From positions 6,766,290 to 6,829,918 of the forward strand of contig NC_057759.1 in NCBI RefSeq assembly GCF_004010195.1: a stretch of 63,629 nucleotides of DNA, in the 5' to 3' direction. Positions within the stretch are counted from its first letter, which is position 1; every line of letters starts with the position of its first letter. Under the pieces are notes generated by a model. That model was given only the letters and a program-made list of their open reading frames with translations, had not been told where the DNA came from and searched no databases. Source of the stretch: Chiloscyllium plagiosum. Lineage: Eukaryota. Position numbers and translations under genes: made by a program. Below are positions 24,412-35,930 of the stretch, one piece after another.

Positions 24412-26573
24412 AGAGGATGGTGGTAGAGATTTGTTGTTCCAACTGGAGGCCTGTGGCCAGTCGTGTGCCACAAGGATCAGTGAATCATCTACTGTTGTTT
24501 GCTATTTTATAAATGTTTTTGACGAGAATAGACGAATTATGGATAGTAAGTTTGTGGATGACACCAAATTGATAGAATAGTGGACAACAAAGAAGGTCAT
24601 CACCAGGACAATGAGATCATAATCAATTGTACCAGTGGACCGACGAATGGCAGATGGAGTTTAATTCAGATAAATGTGAGGTGTTACCTTGTGTTAGAAA
24701 ACTCAGCGCAGAATTTACACCATTATAAGTAGGGTCCAAGGGAGTGTTTTCAAACAGAGAGATCCAAGTGTGCAGGGACATAGTTTCTTGAAAGTGGAGT
24801 CGAAGTTGAAAGTGCAGTGAAGAAGGCGTTAGACATGCTTGCCGTCATTGTTCAGAGCATTGAGTATAGGAAATGGGACATTACGTTGTGACTGTTAAAG
24901 AGAATGATAAGGCCAAATTTGAAGTACTGAGTACAAGTACTCTCTCCCCGCGATTGGAAAGGATACAAAAATATATAAGAAGATGTACCAGAGACTGGAA
25001 GTATTGAAATATAATCTGGATATCTTAGGATTTTTTTGCTTAGGAATCTAAGGGGTGACCTTATAGGGGTTTCTAAAATGATGAGGGACATAGATACGAT
25101 GAATAGCCAAGGGGATTTATCCCCATGGTAGAGGTGTAGAAAACCAGGGGACCATAGGTTTAAGGTAAGAGAGGAGAGATTTAAAAGAGATTCACAGAGG
25201 CAGCTGTTTCTCACAGAGGGTGCTGTACATATGTAACGAGCTGTCAGAGGAGCTAGTACAGGCGAGTATAATTACAACGTATAAAATAAATTGGATGGGT
25301 CGATGGATAGGACAGGCTTTGAATTGTATATGCCAAACGCAAGCAACTAAGACTAATTCATTTTAAGAAACCTGGTGAACAGGGACGAGTTGGTCTGAAC
25401 AGTCTGTTTGCATATTGCATGACTCTCACAGTTTATCACTATATAACCTCTTTTTCATCACAAATTCTTCATTGCACTCAACTTATTTCCAAATCAAAAA
25501 TCTTCTGTAAATGCTTTCAGTCATGTAGCTCTCAAACATTCATCTATGAGTATTCCTGACATTGATGTGGTGCTGTAGGCTACTCAGCCACAAGCTATAA
25601 CTGTTTGCCCGGGACAATGCTCAGTCTACCACTACCATCAAGCTGACCTATGATTAAGTGACGAATGTTGGTGAACATGCCAGGGTCAGAACCATTTGAA
25701 CATAAAACTGATAACAACCCGTCAAACTATCACACTTGACTGCTTCCGTTCCAAATAGTAGACACAACATCTGATAGAGAGTGCGAAACAATCCCAAGAC
25801 CAACAGATAAGATAGGGGCTCTGAACTCCTGTTAGATTCAGCCTTAAAAACTGATGGAAGATAAAACAACATACTGGAGCAGAGCGTTCTACAAATATCT
25901 CCATCGTGAAAAATGGAATAGCTCCGCACATCAGTGTAAAGGACAAGGATGAACTATTTGCACCATCCTCAACCAGAAATGTTGAGTCTGTGATCCACCT
26001 CACCTCATCACGATGTCCACAGAATCACGGATACCAGTCTTCAACGAATTAGATTCGCTGCAGAGGACACATTGTTGTTAAATAGAATGATATACTATCT
26101 GCACTATCATCAGTCATCAACATCATTTTTCGATAAGTGCATATGTGTGAACGATGTTTTTTTGAATTATTTATCATTGAATTATGAATCCAAACCAGGC
26201 TAATACGCTGGCTGCTGGTGGAAATCAAAAACAATTAATAAATTATAGAAATCTCAACTCTGGTGTCAGTGATAGTGAACTTGAAGCCAATGTTGATTGT
26301 AAACACCAAATTGATTCACCAATCTAATTTCAGGAAGCAAATCTACCGTATTTTCCTGTTCTGGCCTAAAGTAACTCCAGCCAGACAGACATGTGACATA
26401 CTCTTCAATGGTCTCCGAAACGACAAAGAAGGGTATTACTTTGTATCAAACCAGGCCCCAACCTCCGTATAGGAATAGGGAAAGGGAAACACGGTCGACC
26501 CTGCAGAGAAATCCTTCCTAACATCTGAAAGCTTGTGAAAACATTTGCAGACCTTTCACACACAGAAGCATCA

Positions 26574-27537
26574 GACCGGGGAAACCCAGTGGATGTGGTC
26601 TACCTAGACTTTCAAAAGGCCTTTGATAAGGTGCTACACGGGAGGCTGCTGAGCAAGGTGAGGGCCCATGGTGTTCGAGGTGAGCTACTGGTATGGATTG
26701 AGGATTGGCTGTCTGACAGAAGGCAGAAAGTTGGGATAAAAGGTTCTTTTTCGGAATGGCAGCCGGTGACAAGTGGTGTCCCGCAGGGTTCAGTGTTGGG
26801 GCTGCAGCTGTTCACATTATATATTAATGATCTGGATGAAGGGACTGGGGGCATTCTAGCGAAGTTTGCCGATGATACAAAGTTAGGTGGACAGGCAGAT
26901 AGTACTGAGGAAGTGGGGAGGCTGCAGAAGGATCTAGACAGTTTGGAGGAGTGGTCCAGGAAATGGCTGATGGAATTCAATGTAAGCAAATGCGAGGTCT
27001 TGCATGGTCCCCACACCTCAGGAAGGCCATACTGGCACTGGAGCGTGTCCAGTGGAGATTCACACGGATGATCCCTGGAATGGTAGGTTTAACATATGAG
27101 GAACGGCTGAGGATCCTGGGATTGTTTTCATTGGAGTTTAGAAGATTAAGGGGAGATCTTATAGAAACTTACAAGATAATACATGGCTTGGAGAGGGTGG
27201 ACGCTAGGAAATTGTTTCCGTTAGGCGAGGAGACTAGGACCCGTGGACACAGCCTTAGAATTAGAGGGGGTAAATTCAGAACAGAAATGCGGAGACATTT
27301 GTTCAGCCAGAGAGTGGTGGGCCTGTGGAACTCATTGCCACAGAGTGGAGTGGAGGCTGGGACGCTAAATGTCTTCAAGGCAGAAATTGATAAATTCTTG
27401 ATGTCACAAGGAATTAAGGGCTACGGTGCTAATGCGGGTAAGTGGAATTGAAATGCCCATCAGCCATGATTGAATGGAGGAGTGGACTCGATGGGCCGAA
27501 TGGCCTTACTTCTACTCCTATGTCTTATGGTCTTATG
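26574..27537 (+). mobile_element. Relatively young 5'-truncated CR1 LINE with an internal deletion at ~27004
   Basis: VDVVYLDFQKAFDKV, GVPQGSVLG, KFADDTK, RTRGHSL; tail TATGTCTTATGGTCTTATG. Confidence 0.93.
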
Positions 27538-27713
27538 ATCTTAAAAGGAGTAGGCATTTCAACACATTGAGCCTTCTCTTTCTAGATCATGGCTGAACAT
27601 CTCCTCAATGCGCTTTTCCAAGTCCATCCATGTGATCAGCCATTGGGACAATATAAACAAAGAACTGTACTAGTCCCTTCGGTCATTTAATTTTGCTCTC
27701 CCTATTCAATATA

Positions 27714-28349
27714 CAGGTAGTTCTCCGAGAACATGTGTTTATTAAACAGGATTTGACTGCAACGTGATTCGTGAATTTCAGACTTTTTTTTCAAATAAGG
27801 GGAATTCCTGTTCGCTGTTATGCAATTCCATCCCCTGCACGAGGTGAACAGCAAATCACCGTCTCTGGATCCTCGGTCAGCAAAATGCAAATTCAATGCA
27901 ATCAGCTAAAACAGGAATGCAATCAGTTCTTCAAGCCTGGAAATTTTATTCAAACTGGAATTTGAAGTCTACATTTAGAAGGAAGGTTATTACAAACCAG
28001 GGGAAAATCTTGGAGAAAACTGAAATTCAACGTCGGCATCACCTGATTAGTTGGCTGGTGTGCTTTCTACTGAAGAGTTTCCTGAAAGATGCCGTGCTGT
28101 AGTAAGCGATTTTAGTGTTATAATGTCAAATTTACTGCATCATTTCATTGAAGTATATGATTTAAGGATTTACTTAGAGTCTACTATCTTTTAAGCTAAC
28201 TGCTAGTTTTGTTCTGATTTTTACTGATAGTTTTGGCGGCTCATCCCTAACCCTGTTTTCCCTATATGCCTCATTATTTATTTTGCGAGATGTGCTTTAA
28301 CACGATGTTTTACAGGAACACAATTATTGCATTATCATAGAACTACCTG
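27714..28349. mobile_element. Possible non-autonomous Tc1/mariner (Tigger/pogo-like) element
   Basis: TA-CAGGTAGTTCT at the left end and AGAACTACCTG at the right end (11-bp perfect inverted match); the right TA is not preserved. Confidence 0.45.
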
Positions 28350-28359
28350 GATTAACGTC

Positions 28360-29450
28360 TGATCCTTTATCTCCACAGCATACTAATGCTCTCTCTCCAT
28401 TACTTCCGTGTCTAGAAATTCTTACTTATGTTTAGTTCCCTGGCTTCAATAGCCTCACGTGGTAGAGAATTCCCAGGTTCACCAGTCTGTAAGTGCCGAC
28501 ATTTGTCATCTCAATGCAGAGTGATTTGCCTTTACCAAATGCTGTGGCCTATTGCTTTAGAGATCCCAGCCAGTGGAATTATCATCCCCGTTTGCAGTCT
28601 GTCTCTCCCTGTTATAGTTTTATATATTTCACTGAGATCTCAAATCATTTTTCCTAAACTTCATGGAATACAGGCGCAGTCTACCCAAATTCTGCTCAAC
28701 CAACAAGCCTGTCATTCCAGACATCAGTCTGGTCATCCTTCGTTTGCTCTCCATCAATCACAGGTTTGTCATTTATTAAGTAAGGAGACCAAAACTGCAC
28801 ACAACACTGCACAAAGTTCAAGATGAGTTCTCATCCAGGCTCTGTACAGGTGCAATAAGACTCCATTACTCCAGTACTCAAATCCCTTTGGAATAAAGAT
28901 CAACACAGCATGTACCTTCCTAAATACATTCTGCTCCTGCAATATTGATTTCAGTGACTGGTGTATAACGAGTTTCAGATCCTTTTCAATGCTACAGTTA
29001 CACACTTCACAGGTTTATGGGCAATGGTCAGCATGCCAATGCCATTCCCAGTATTGATTTTAGGCTTCAGGAATCATTGCCTTCTATGGACCTCGGAAGT
29101 CTGTGCAGAAGTAAGCAATAGCAGGAACATAAGTTACTTTATGGAGTAACATTTGTCTACCAGTCGCTTTTCAAATGCTAGCTGCCATTCTATTTTTCGC
29201 TCCAAAATGCGTAATGTTAAATCTACCAACATTGTTATTCATCTGCCAAACATTTGCCCATTCACTCCACTTGTCTGAATATCTTGAAGCTTTTTTATAT
29301 TCTCCTGACCAACGCACAGTTGAACATAGTTTAGCACTGTCAGCTCACTTGGAAATACTGCATTTGATTCCCTCAAACAAATGTTTGAGTTGTATAGGGA
29401 ATAGCTGGGACATAAGACTTGATTATTGTTATACACTGCCAGACTTTTTC
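28360..29450 (-). mobile_element. Degraded CR1 LINE
   Basis: Minus-strand remnant GFEYWSNGVLLHLYRAWMRTHLELCA. Confidence 0.7.
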
Positions 29451-31079
29451 TCCAAAAAAGAATATTTTTATTCTGGTGCTTCCATTCAAAGTGCTATTGT
29501 GTTGGAACTTATCCGCTCTGACCTCCTCTTTTTCTTATTTTCTTCCCTGATCTTTTCTTTTTATCTGAATTAACTTAGACAGAATCGGCAGGATCAAGAG
29601 CCCAAGGCTAGACTTTGAACAGACCTGGAGCATTGACCTCGAGCTGGACGCAGTGCCTACCCGCTTTTCCAGAGCAAGCACCGGGCCTGACATTGGCGAC
29701 TGCTACATCGACAAGAAACATTAGGCAAGATAACTCCAGCAGCAAAATGTGATATCTGAGGATCGGAGATTTTGATTTTATTTGGATACAGCACTGGTAG
29801 TGACGAAGCAAATGTCAGAATGGCATCATGGCAACATTTATGTGGTTCACCCAGCAGCAGAGATACGACTGGAGGTTTGTGGCAGGAGACAACGAGGTGG
29901 TTATGGAGCAGTATCAGCACAGTGGCACAGACTCCACTTGAGGAACAGCAATTTCGATGTTGGTCGGATCGGTGTAGATGGTGATGAAGCTGTTGTGGAA
30001 GAATGGCGGTGCGGGTGTTGTCGATGATAATGAGCTGGTTCAGGACAGATAGACTCTCGTTAATCTATATTTGTTGTTTTTTTTTCCATTTTCTTAAATT
30101 ATTCAAAATGGCGCCATTTTGTGCAGACAAGTGCCAGATTTTCACTGTACTTTCTTGTATTTATCTTGTAAAATACACGTGATCATTAAATCAAAATCAA
30201 GAAATTCTACACACTTTTCCTTGCCAGCTCTCCGAATCTAAAACCATGTCAATATTTTAGCCCCAATGCCATGATATTTGTTTTTGCACGTTAGGCTGGG
30301 GAATTGCCCGAAAGAGGTTTTCCAAATATCCAAACATGCAGCATACATTGCTTCTGCATAATCTTTCTACAGGAGAGTTTCTCAAATATGATATGCATTT
30401 CATAAATCTATGCTGATATCGAATATGTCCCTTACTTTCAATCCCAATAATTTCTTCAAAAACATACATTTATTAATTTCACTGATTCTCGTCAGATTCA
30501 GGTTTCCTTGTCTTGCTGGGACGAGTTCTTTTTAATATGTTTCCTTCCGCGAAGACAGTACACAAGTGGTTGCTTCATGATTCTGCTATTTAAACGTTCT
30601 CTGTTCTCCATTCTCTGGTTTCTGACTGTAAGGAAGCTGCTCTTGTTTTGCTTAACTTTCCCTTTGATATACTGTTATAAGTTATTATGGTCCACTCATT
30701 TAGCATTGTTAGTATACGTTTCAGAAGCCCAACAATTCGTGCCTTCACTTGCTCAATGGAAGACGCTCCACAAACATACATCATAGAAGCAGAGATTCTG
30801 TACTGTCAGAAATACAGCGTGGTCACATTTTCTTACACGAGGCCATTATCACACTTCAATCCCTTGACCAAGTGCATTTTAATAGTTGTGAGACTACCCG
30901 TGACAACTTCCATCTCAGAAAGTATTTTCCATTCCCCAACACCTTCTGGGGAGAAATAAACAACCCTGAAATTTTCTCTAAACTTCAATCCCATCGTTTT
31001 AATTGTGTGCTCCCCTGTTCTTGGCTCTTTGATTGAATGGAACATTTGCTGTCAGAATCCGAGATACGACTCATGTTGT

Positions 31080-34000
31080 ATCTCACTCCCATCCCCCACT
31101 AACCAGAAGCAAAAGACTCTGGAAGGTAAGGATTTTGTTTCTTCTCTTTATTTTCTTTCGTATACTTCAGTTCATTGTCCGGTTTTAGTTATTTGACATA
31201 AAGCTAAGGCTTACAATGGCAGGGGACCTCAGACCTGTGGCATATGCCTCTTGCTGGTGTTGGAGCTCAGGGATGTGGTTGATGTTCCTGACTCTTGCAC
31301 TTGCAAGAAGTGTGTCCCATTGTAGCTCTTGTTTGTCCACATGAGGACTCTAGAGCTGCGGATGGACTCACTGTGGAGCATCCGCGATATTCAGGAGGTT
31401 GTGGATAGCACGTTTAGTGAACTGGTCACACCGCGGGTTAGAATTGCTGAGGGTGACAGTGAATGGATGACCAAAAGGCAGAAGAAGAGTAGGAAGGCAG
31501 TGCAGGTGTCCCCTGTGGTCATCTCTCTCTAAAACAGGTATACTGTTTTGCATACTGTTGGGGGAGATGGCTCAACAGGCGAGGGAAGCAGTTGCCAAGA
31601 TCATGGTACCATGACGGGCATTGCTGTTCAGAAGCGCGGGAAAAAGCCTTGTAGGGCCATAGTCAAAGGGGATTCTATTGTAAGGGGACTAGCTCGGCGT
31701 TATTGCAAACAGAGCGACTTGGTTGAAGAAAGGGCATGACTGACAACTAAATTTTCCAGGATATAGATGCTTCAGGCAGGACAAGGAGGGAAGTAAAAGT
31801 GGGGGTGTGGGGGGGGGGGGGGGGGAAGGGGGGGAGCGAGGAGTTGCATTGCTAGTCTGTGATGATATCACGGCTTTGCTAAACAATGACACAAAGGAGG
31901 GCATGAGTAGTGAGGCATTATAGGTGGAACTGAGATATAAGAAAGGTGCAGTTACATTGTTGGGGCTCCCAAAAGTGAGCGTGAGGTAGAAGAACAAATA
32001 GGTAAACAGATTATGGAAAGATGTAGCGGTAACAGGGTGGTGGTGATGGGAGATTTTAATTTCCCCAACCTTGACTGGGATTCACCTATTGTTATAGGTC
32101 TGGATGGGGAAGAATTTGTAAGAAGAGTCCAGGAGAGTTTTCTAGAGCAGTATGTCAGTAGTCCGACGAGGGAAGGAACCATATTGCACCTGATGTTGGG
32201 GAATGAGCCAGCTCAGGTGGGGGATTTCCTTGGGAACAATGACCCTAATTCTGTAAGTTTTAGAATACTCTTAAACAAAGATGAGAGTGGTCCTAAGGGA
32301 AGAAGACTAAACGGGGCAAAGGCCAATGACATCAAAATTAAACTGGAACTGGCAAATCAACATTGGACACAGCTATTTGAAGGGAAGTACACATTTGATA
32401 TGAGGGAGGCTTTCAAAGATAAGTTGAAGGTAGTGCAGGATAGGTATGTGACATTGAAAGCAAGGGATAGGAAAGGCAATGTTCATGAATGTGGATGACA
32501 GGAGAAACCGTACGACTAGCGAAGAGGAAAGGGGAAGCGTACATCAGATCCAGGCAGCTAAGAACAGAACGGGCCCTGGAGGAATATCAGGAGAGTAGGA
32601 CCAGTCTCAAATGATGAATCAAGCGGGGTAAAATGGATCATGAAATAAGTTTAGTGAGCAGAATTATGGAGCATGCCACAGCGTTTTATTTTTATATAAG
32701 GGCAATGGGGTAACTAGAGAAAGGATTGGTCCACTAAAGGATAAGGAACGAAGGCCGTGTTTTGAACCTGAGAAAATGGGTAACATTCTGAATGATTACT
32801 TTGCATCAGTGTTCACTGAGGAGAGGGACATGATGAATGTTGAGATTAGAGATAGAAGTTGATTACTCTGGATCATGTTGACATAAGCAGAGAAGATGTC
32901 TTGGGTAGGCTAAAGGTTATTAAGGTGGACAAATCACCAGGACGGGGTGGGATCTATCCCAGGTTGCTGACGGAGGTGAGAGAGGAAATAGCTGGGGCCC
33001 TGACAGATATCTTTGTACCATCCTTAAACACAGTTCAAGTGCAGGATGAGTGGAGATTTGCTCATGTTGACACCCTGCATAAGATGGGTAGTAGGGGTAT
33101 TTCAGGTAACTACAGACCAGTGAGCCTGACGTCAGTGGTGGGAAGGTTGCTGGGGAAGGTACTGAGGAGAAAAAAAATTGGAAACCAATGGGCTGTTCAG
33201 TGATAGGCAACATGGTTTTGTGCGTGGGAGATCGTGCCTTACCAACTTAATAGAGTTCTTTGAGAAAGTGACCAAGTTGATAGATGGAGGAAGGGCTGTA
33301 GAGATCATATACATGGACTTTAGTAAGGCATTTGATAAGGTTCCCCACGGTAAACTAATAGACAAAGTGTGGTCACATGGTGTGCAGGGTGTTCTAGATA
33401 AGTGGTAAAGAACTGGTTGAGCAACAGGAGACAGAGAGTAGTAGTTGAAGGGAGTTGCTTTAAGTGGAGAAAGGTGACCAGTGTTGTTACACAGGGATCA
33501 GTGCCACTGTTGTTTGTGATATGCATAAATGATCTAGAAGAGTGCACTGTTGGTATAATTAACAAATTTGCAGATGACACAAAGATTGATGGAGTAGCAG
33601 AAACCATAGGGGATTGTCAAAGTATACAGGAGAATATAAATATACTGGAGAGTTGGGCGGAGAAGTGGCAGTTGGAGTTCAATCCAGGTAAAGGTGATGC
33701 ATTTTGGGAAGTCTAATTCTAGAGCGAATTGTGCAGCAAACAGAAGATACTTGGGGAAAGTTGTTGAGCAGAGAGATCTGGGATTTCAAGTCCATTGTAC
33801 CCTGAAGATGGCTGGATAGAGTGGTCAGGAAGGCATATGGTATGCTTGCCTTCATCGGAATGCAGCATTGAGTATAAGAGCTGACAAGTCAGTTGAAAAT
33901 TGAGCAAGATATTGGTTCAGCCACATTTAGAATACTGCGCACAGTTCTAGTTGCCACATTACTAAAAGGATTTAGACTCTTTAAGGAGGGTACAGAGCAG

Positions 34001-34465
34001 GCATACGAGAATTTTGCCTGTTAAGAAAGGCACTAGCTATGTAGAGAGGTTGAGTATGTTAGGACTGCATTCATTAGAGAAAAGAAGATTGAAGGGGGAC
34101 CTGATTGAAGCCTGCAAACTCATGAAGGGTATAGACAAGGTAGATAGTGACAAGTTTTCTTTCCCAGCGTGAAGGATTCAATAACGAGAGGTCACACTTT
34201 CAAGATGAGAGGTGAAAAGTTTGAGGGGGACACACGCAGCAATTACTTTTCAAAGAGTATGTAGGTTCCTGGAACGCGTTGCCAGCAGAGGTAGTAGAGG
34301 CAGGCACAGTAGATTCATTTAAGATGCTTGAGTAGGTGGAAAGCAGAGGGAAACAGATGCTTAGGAATTGGGATACAGATTTAGACAGTGGATTTGGATC
34401 AGCTAAGGCTTGGAGGTGCGAATGGCCTGTTCCTGAGATGTAAAGTTTCTTTGTTCTTTGTTCTG
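31080..34465 (+). mobile_element. Long degraded CR1 LINE (ORF1 remnant, APE endonuclease, RT, 3' tail)
   Basis: ORF1 esterase-like IVKGDSIVRG; APE VVVMGDFNFPNLDW; RT NYRPVSLTSVVG, QHGFVRGRSCLTNL, DFSKAFDKV, KFADDTK; tail GGCCTGTTCCTG...TGTTCTTTGTTCT. Confidence 0.92.
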
Positions 34466-35930
34466 TGCACCTCGTCCATGTCCCTCATAATCTTATGCTT
34501 CTACATTACTTCCCTTTCAACCTTGCCCGCTCTAAAGCATGCAACCGAGCTTATCCAGCCACCCTTCATAGCTGATATGCTACATCTTGGGGAGCATCCT
34601 GGTGAATCGCCTCTGTAACCCCTCTAGTGCACTCACATCCTTTCTGTAATTTGGCACCCATAACTGCACACAGTTTCCCATCTTCACGTCACCAAAGTTC
34701 TGTATAGCTCTTATTATCTATGCTTCGATGAATAAAGCCTATGGATACAGTCCAGTGTACTTTCTAAACTAACCTATCACACTGTCCAGTCTCATTCAGG
34801 GATGTGTGGAGAATCACCCTCTCAGCTTCTTGGTGTACTGCAATTCATTGCGTACTCCCCTGTCTTGTTCGTTATTCCAAAGTGCTATACCTCATTTATC
34901 AGGATTTAATTCCATCTACCACTGATCTACCCGTCTGACCATTCCATCTACATTTTCTGAAACATAAGAACTTCTTCCTCAGTGACAATCACCCGGCAAG
35001 TTTTGGTGGCAAAGGCAAACTTACGTACCAAACTCCCCCACATCCCTCCACTTTGACATCTGTGACTTTTATGAATTTCACAAATAACGAGGGACACAGC
35101 ACTGACCCCTTGGCACACATCTGAACACTGCTCTCCAGTAACACAACCAGCCACTTAGCACTTACTCTGTCTCTTACCACGAAAACAATTTTGAATGTAA
35201 CTTGGCAAGTTATAATTGATATCATGAGATTTTACTTTATCAGTTCCCTGCGTGGCAGTTTTTCAAAGACCTTGATGAAAAACCGGATAAACGACCTCTT
35301 TGAAAGAAATTCAGTAAAGGTCATTAGGCGTGGTTTCCATCTGCTGAAGTCATGATGCCTATTCCTGATCAAACGTTGCCTTTCGAGATGAAGATTAATT
35401 TTCACGTTCCCAATTTTTACCAATACTTCCCTTAAGATTGATCTGATAGTCACTGGCCTATAGTTCCCTTGTCTATCTCAACCACCCTTCCTGTAAAGTG
35501 AAACAACATTAGCTGTTCTCCAGTCCTCTTCCATCTCCATCTCCCCTGTGGACAGATTCAATTTAGAAATTGATCAGGGCCCTTCCTCCCTTGTCTCCAA
35601 CAACACCAACAACAATACAACTCTTCTAGATCTGGCGATCAGTTCGATTTTGTTTTACCAGCTAAAATTTCCAATCCCTGCTCGCATCTTATATAAATCT
35701 GTTCAAGAACTTCAATGTCTATCTTCTCGAATTCTGTACTTTCATCCTCCTTCTCCCAAGTAAAACAAATGGTACAACACTCATGTAACAATCTATGAAT
35801 CTTCTCCAGCTTCATACAAAGGTTTCCCTCTTGGTTTCCAATGCGCCCTAATTGTTCCCTGCTTATTCCGTTCAGTTTGATGCACTTGAAGAATATCTTG
35901 GGAGTCTTCCTCAACTTGCTTGCTCGCACT
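34466..35930 (-). mobile_element. Degraded CR1 LINE
   Basis: Minus remnants PKIFFKCIK...ISREQLG, LHLERQRLIRNRHHDF, KFAFATK. Confidence 0.7.

Larger units (their letters stand above)
17600..25440 (+). mobile_element. Degraded CR1 LINE split by the ERV (parts ~17600-17912 and 24412-25440)
   Basis: RT sequence ...TGGCTTGGCCGCAGGAGACAGAG resumes after the ERV as GATGGTGGTAGAG...GTGCCACAAGGATCAG (RRQRVVV...VPQGS region), then KFVDDTK. Confidence 0.85.

Noticed and set aside
31801..31835. Poly-G tract as a regulatory G-quadruplex
   Set aside because: It is an expansion of the G-rich RGGGV codons of a dead CR1 endonuclease, with no evidence of function.
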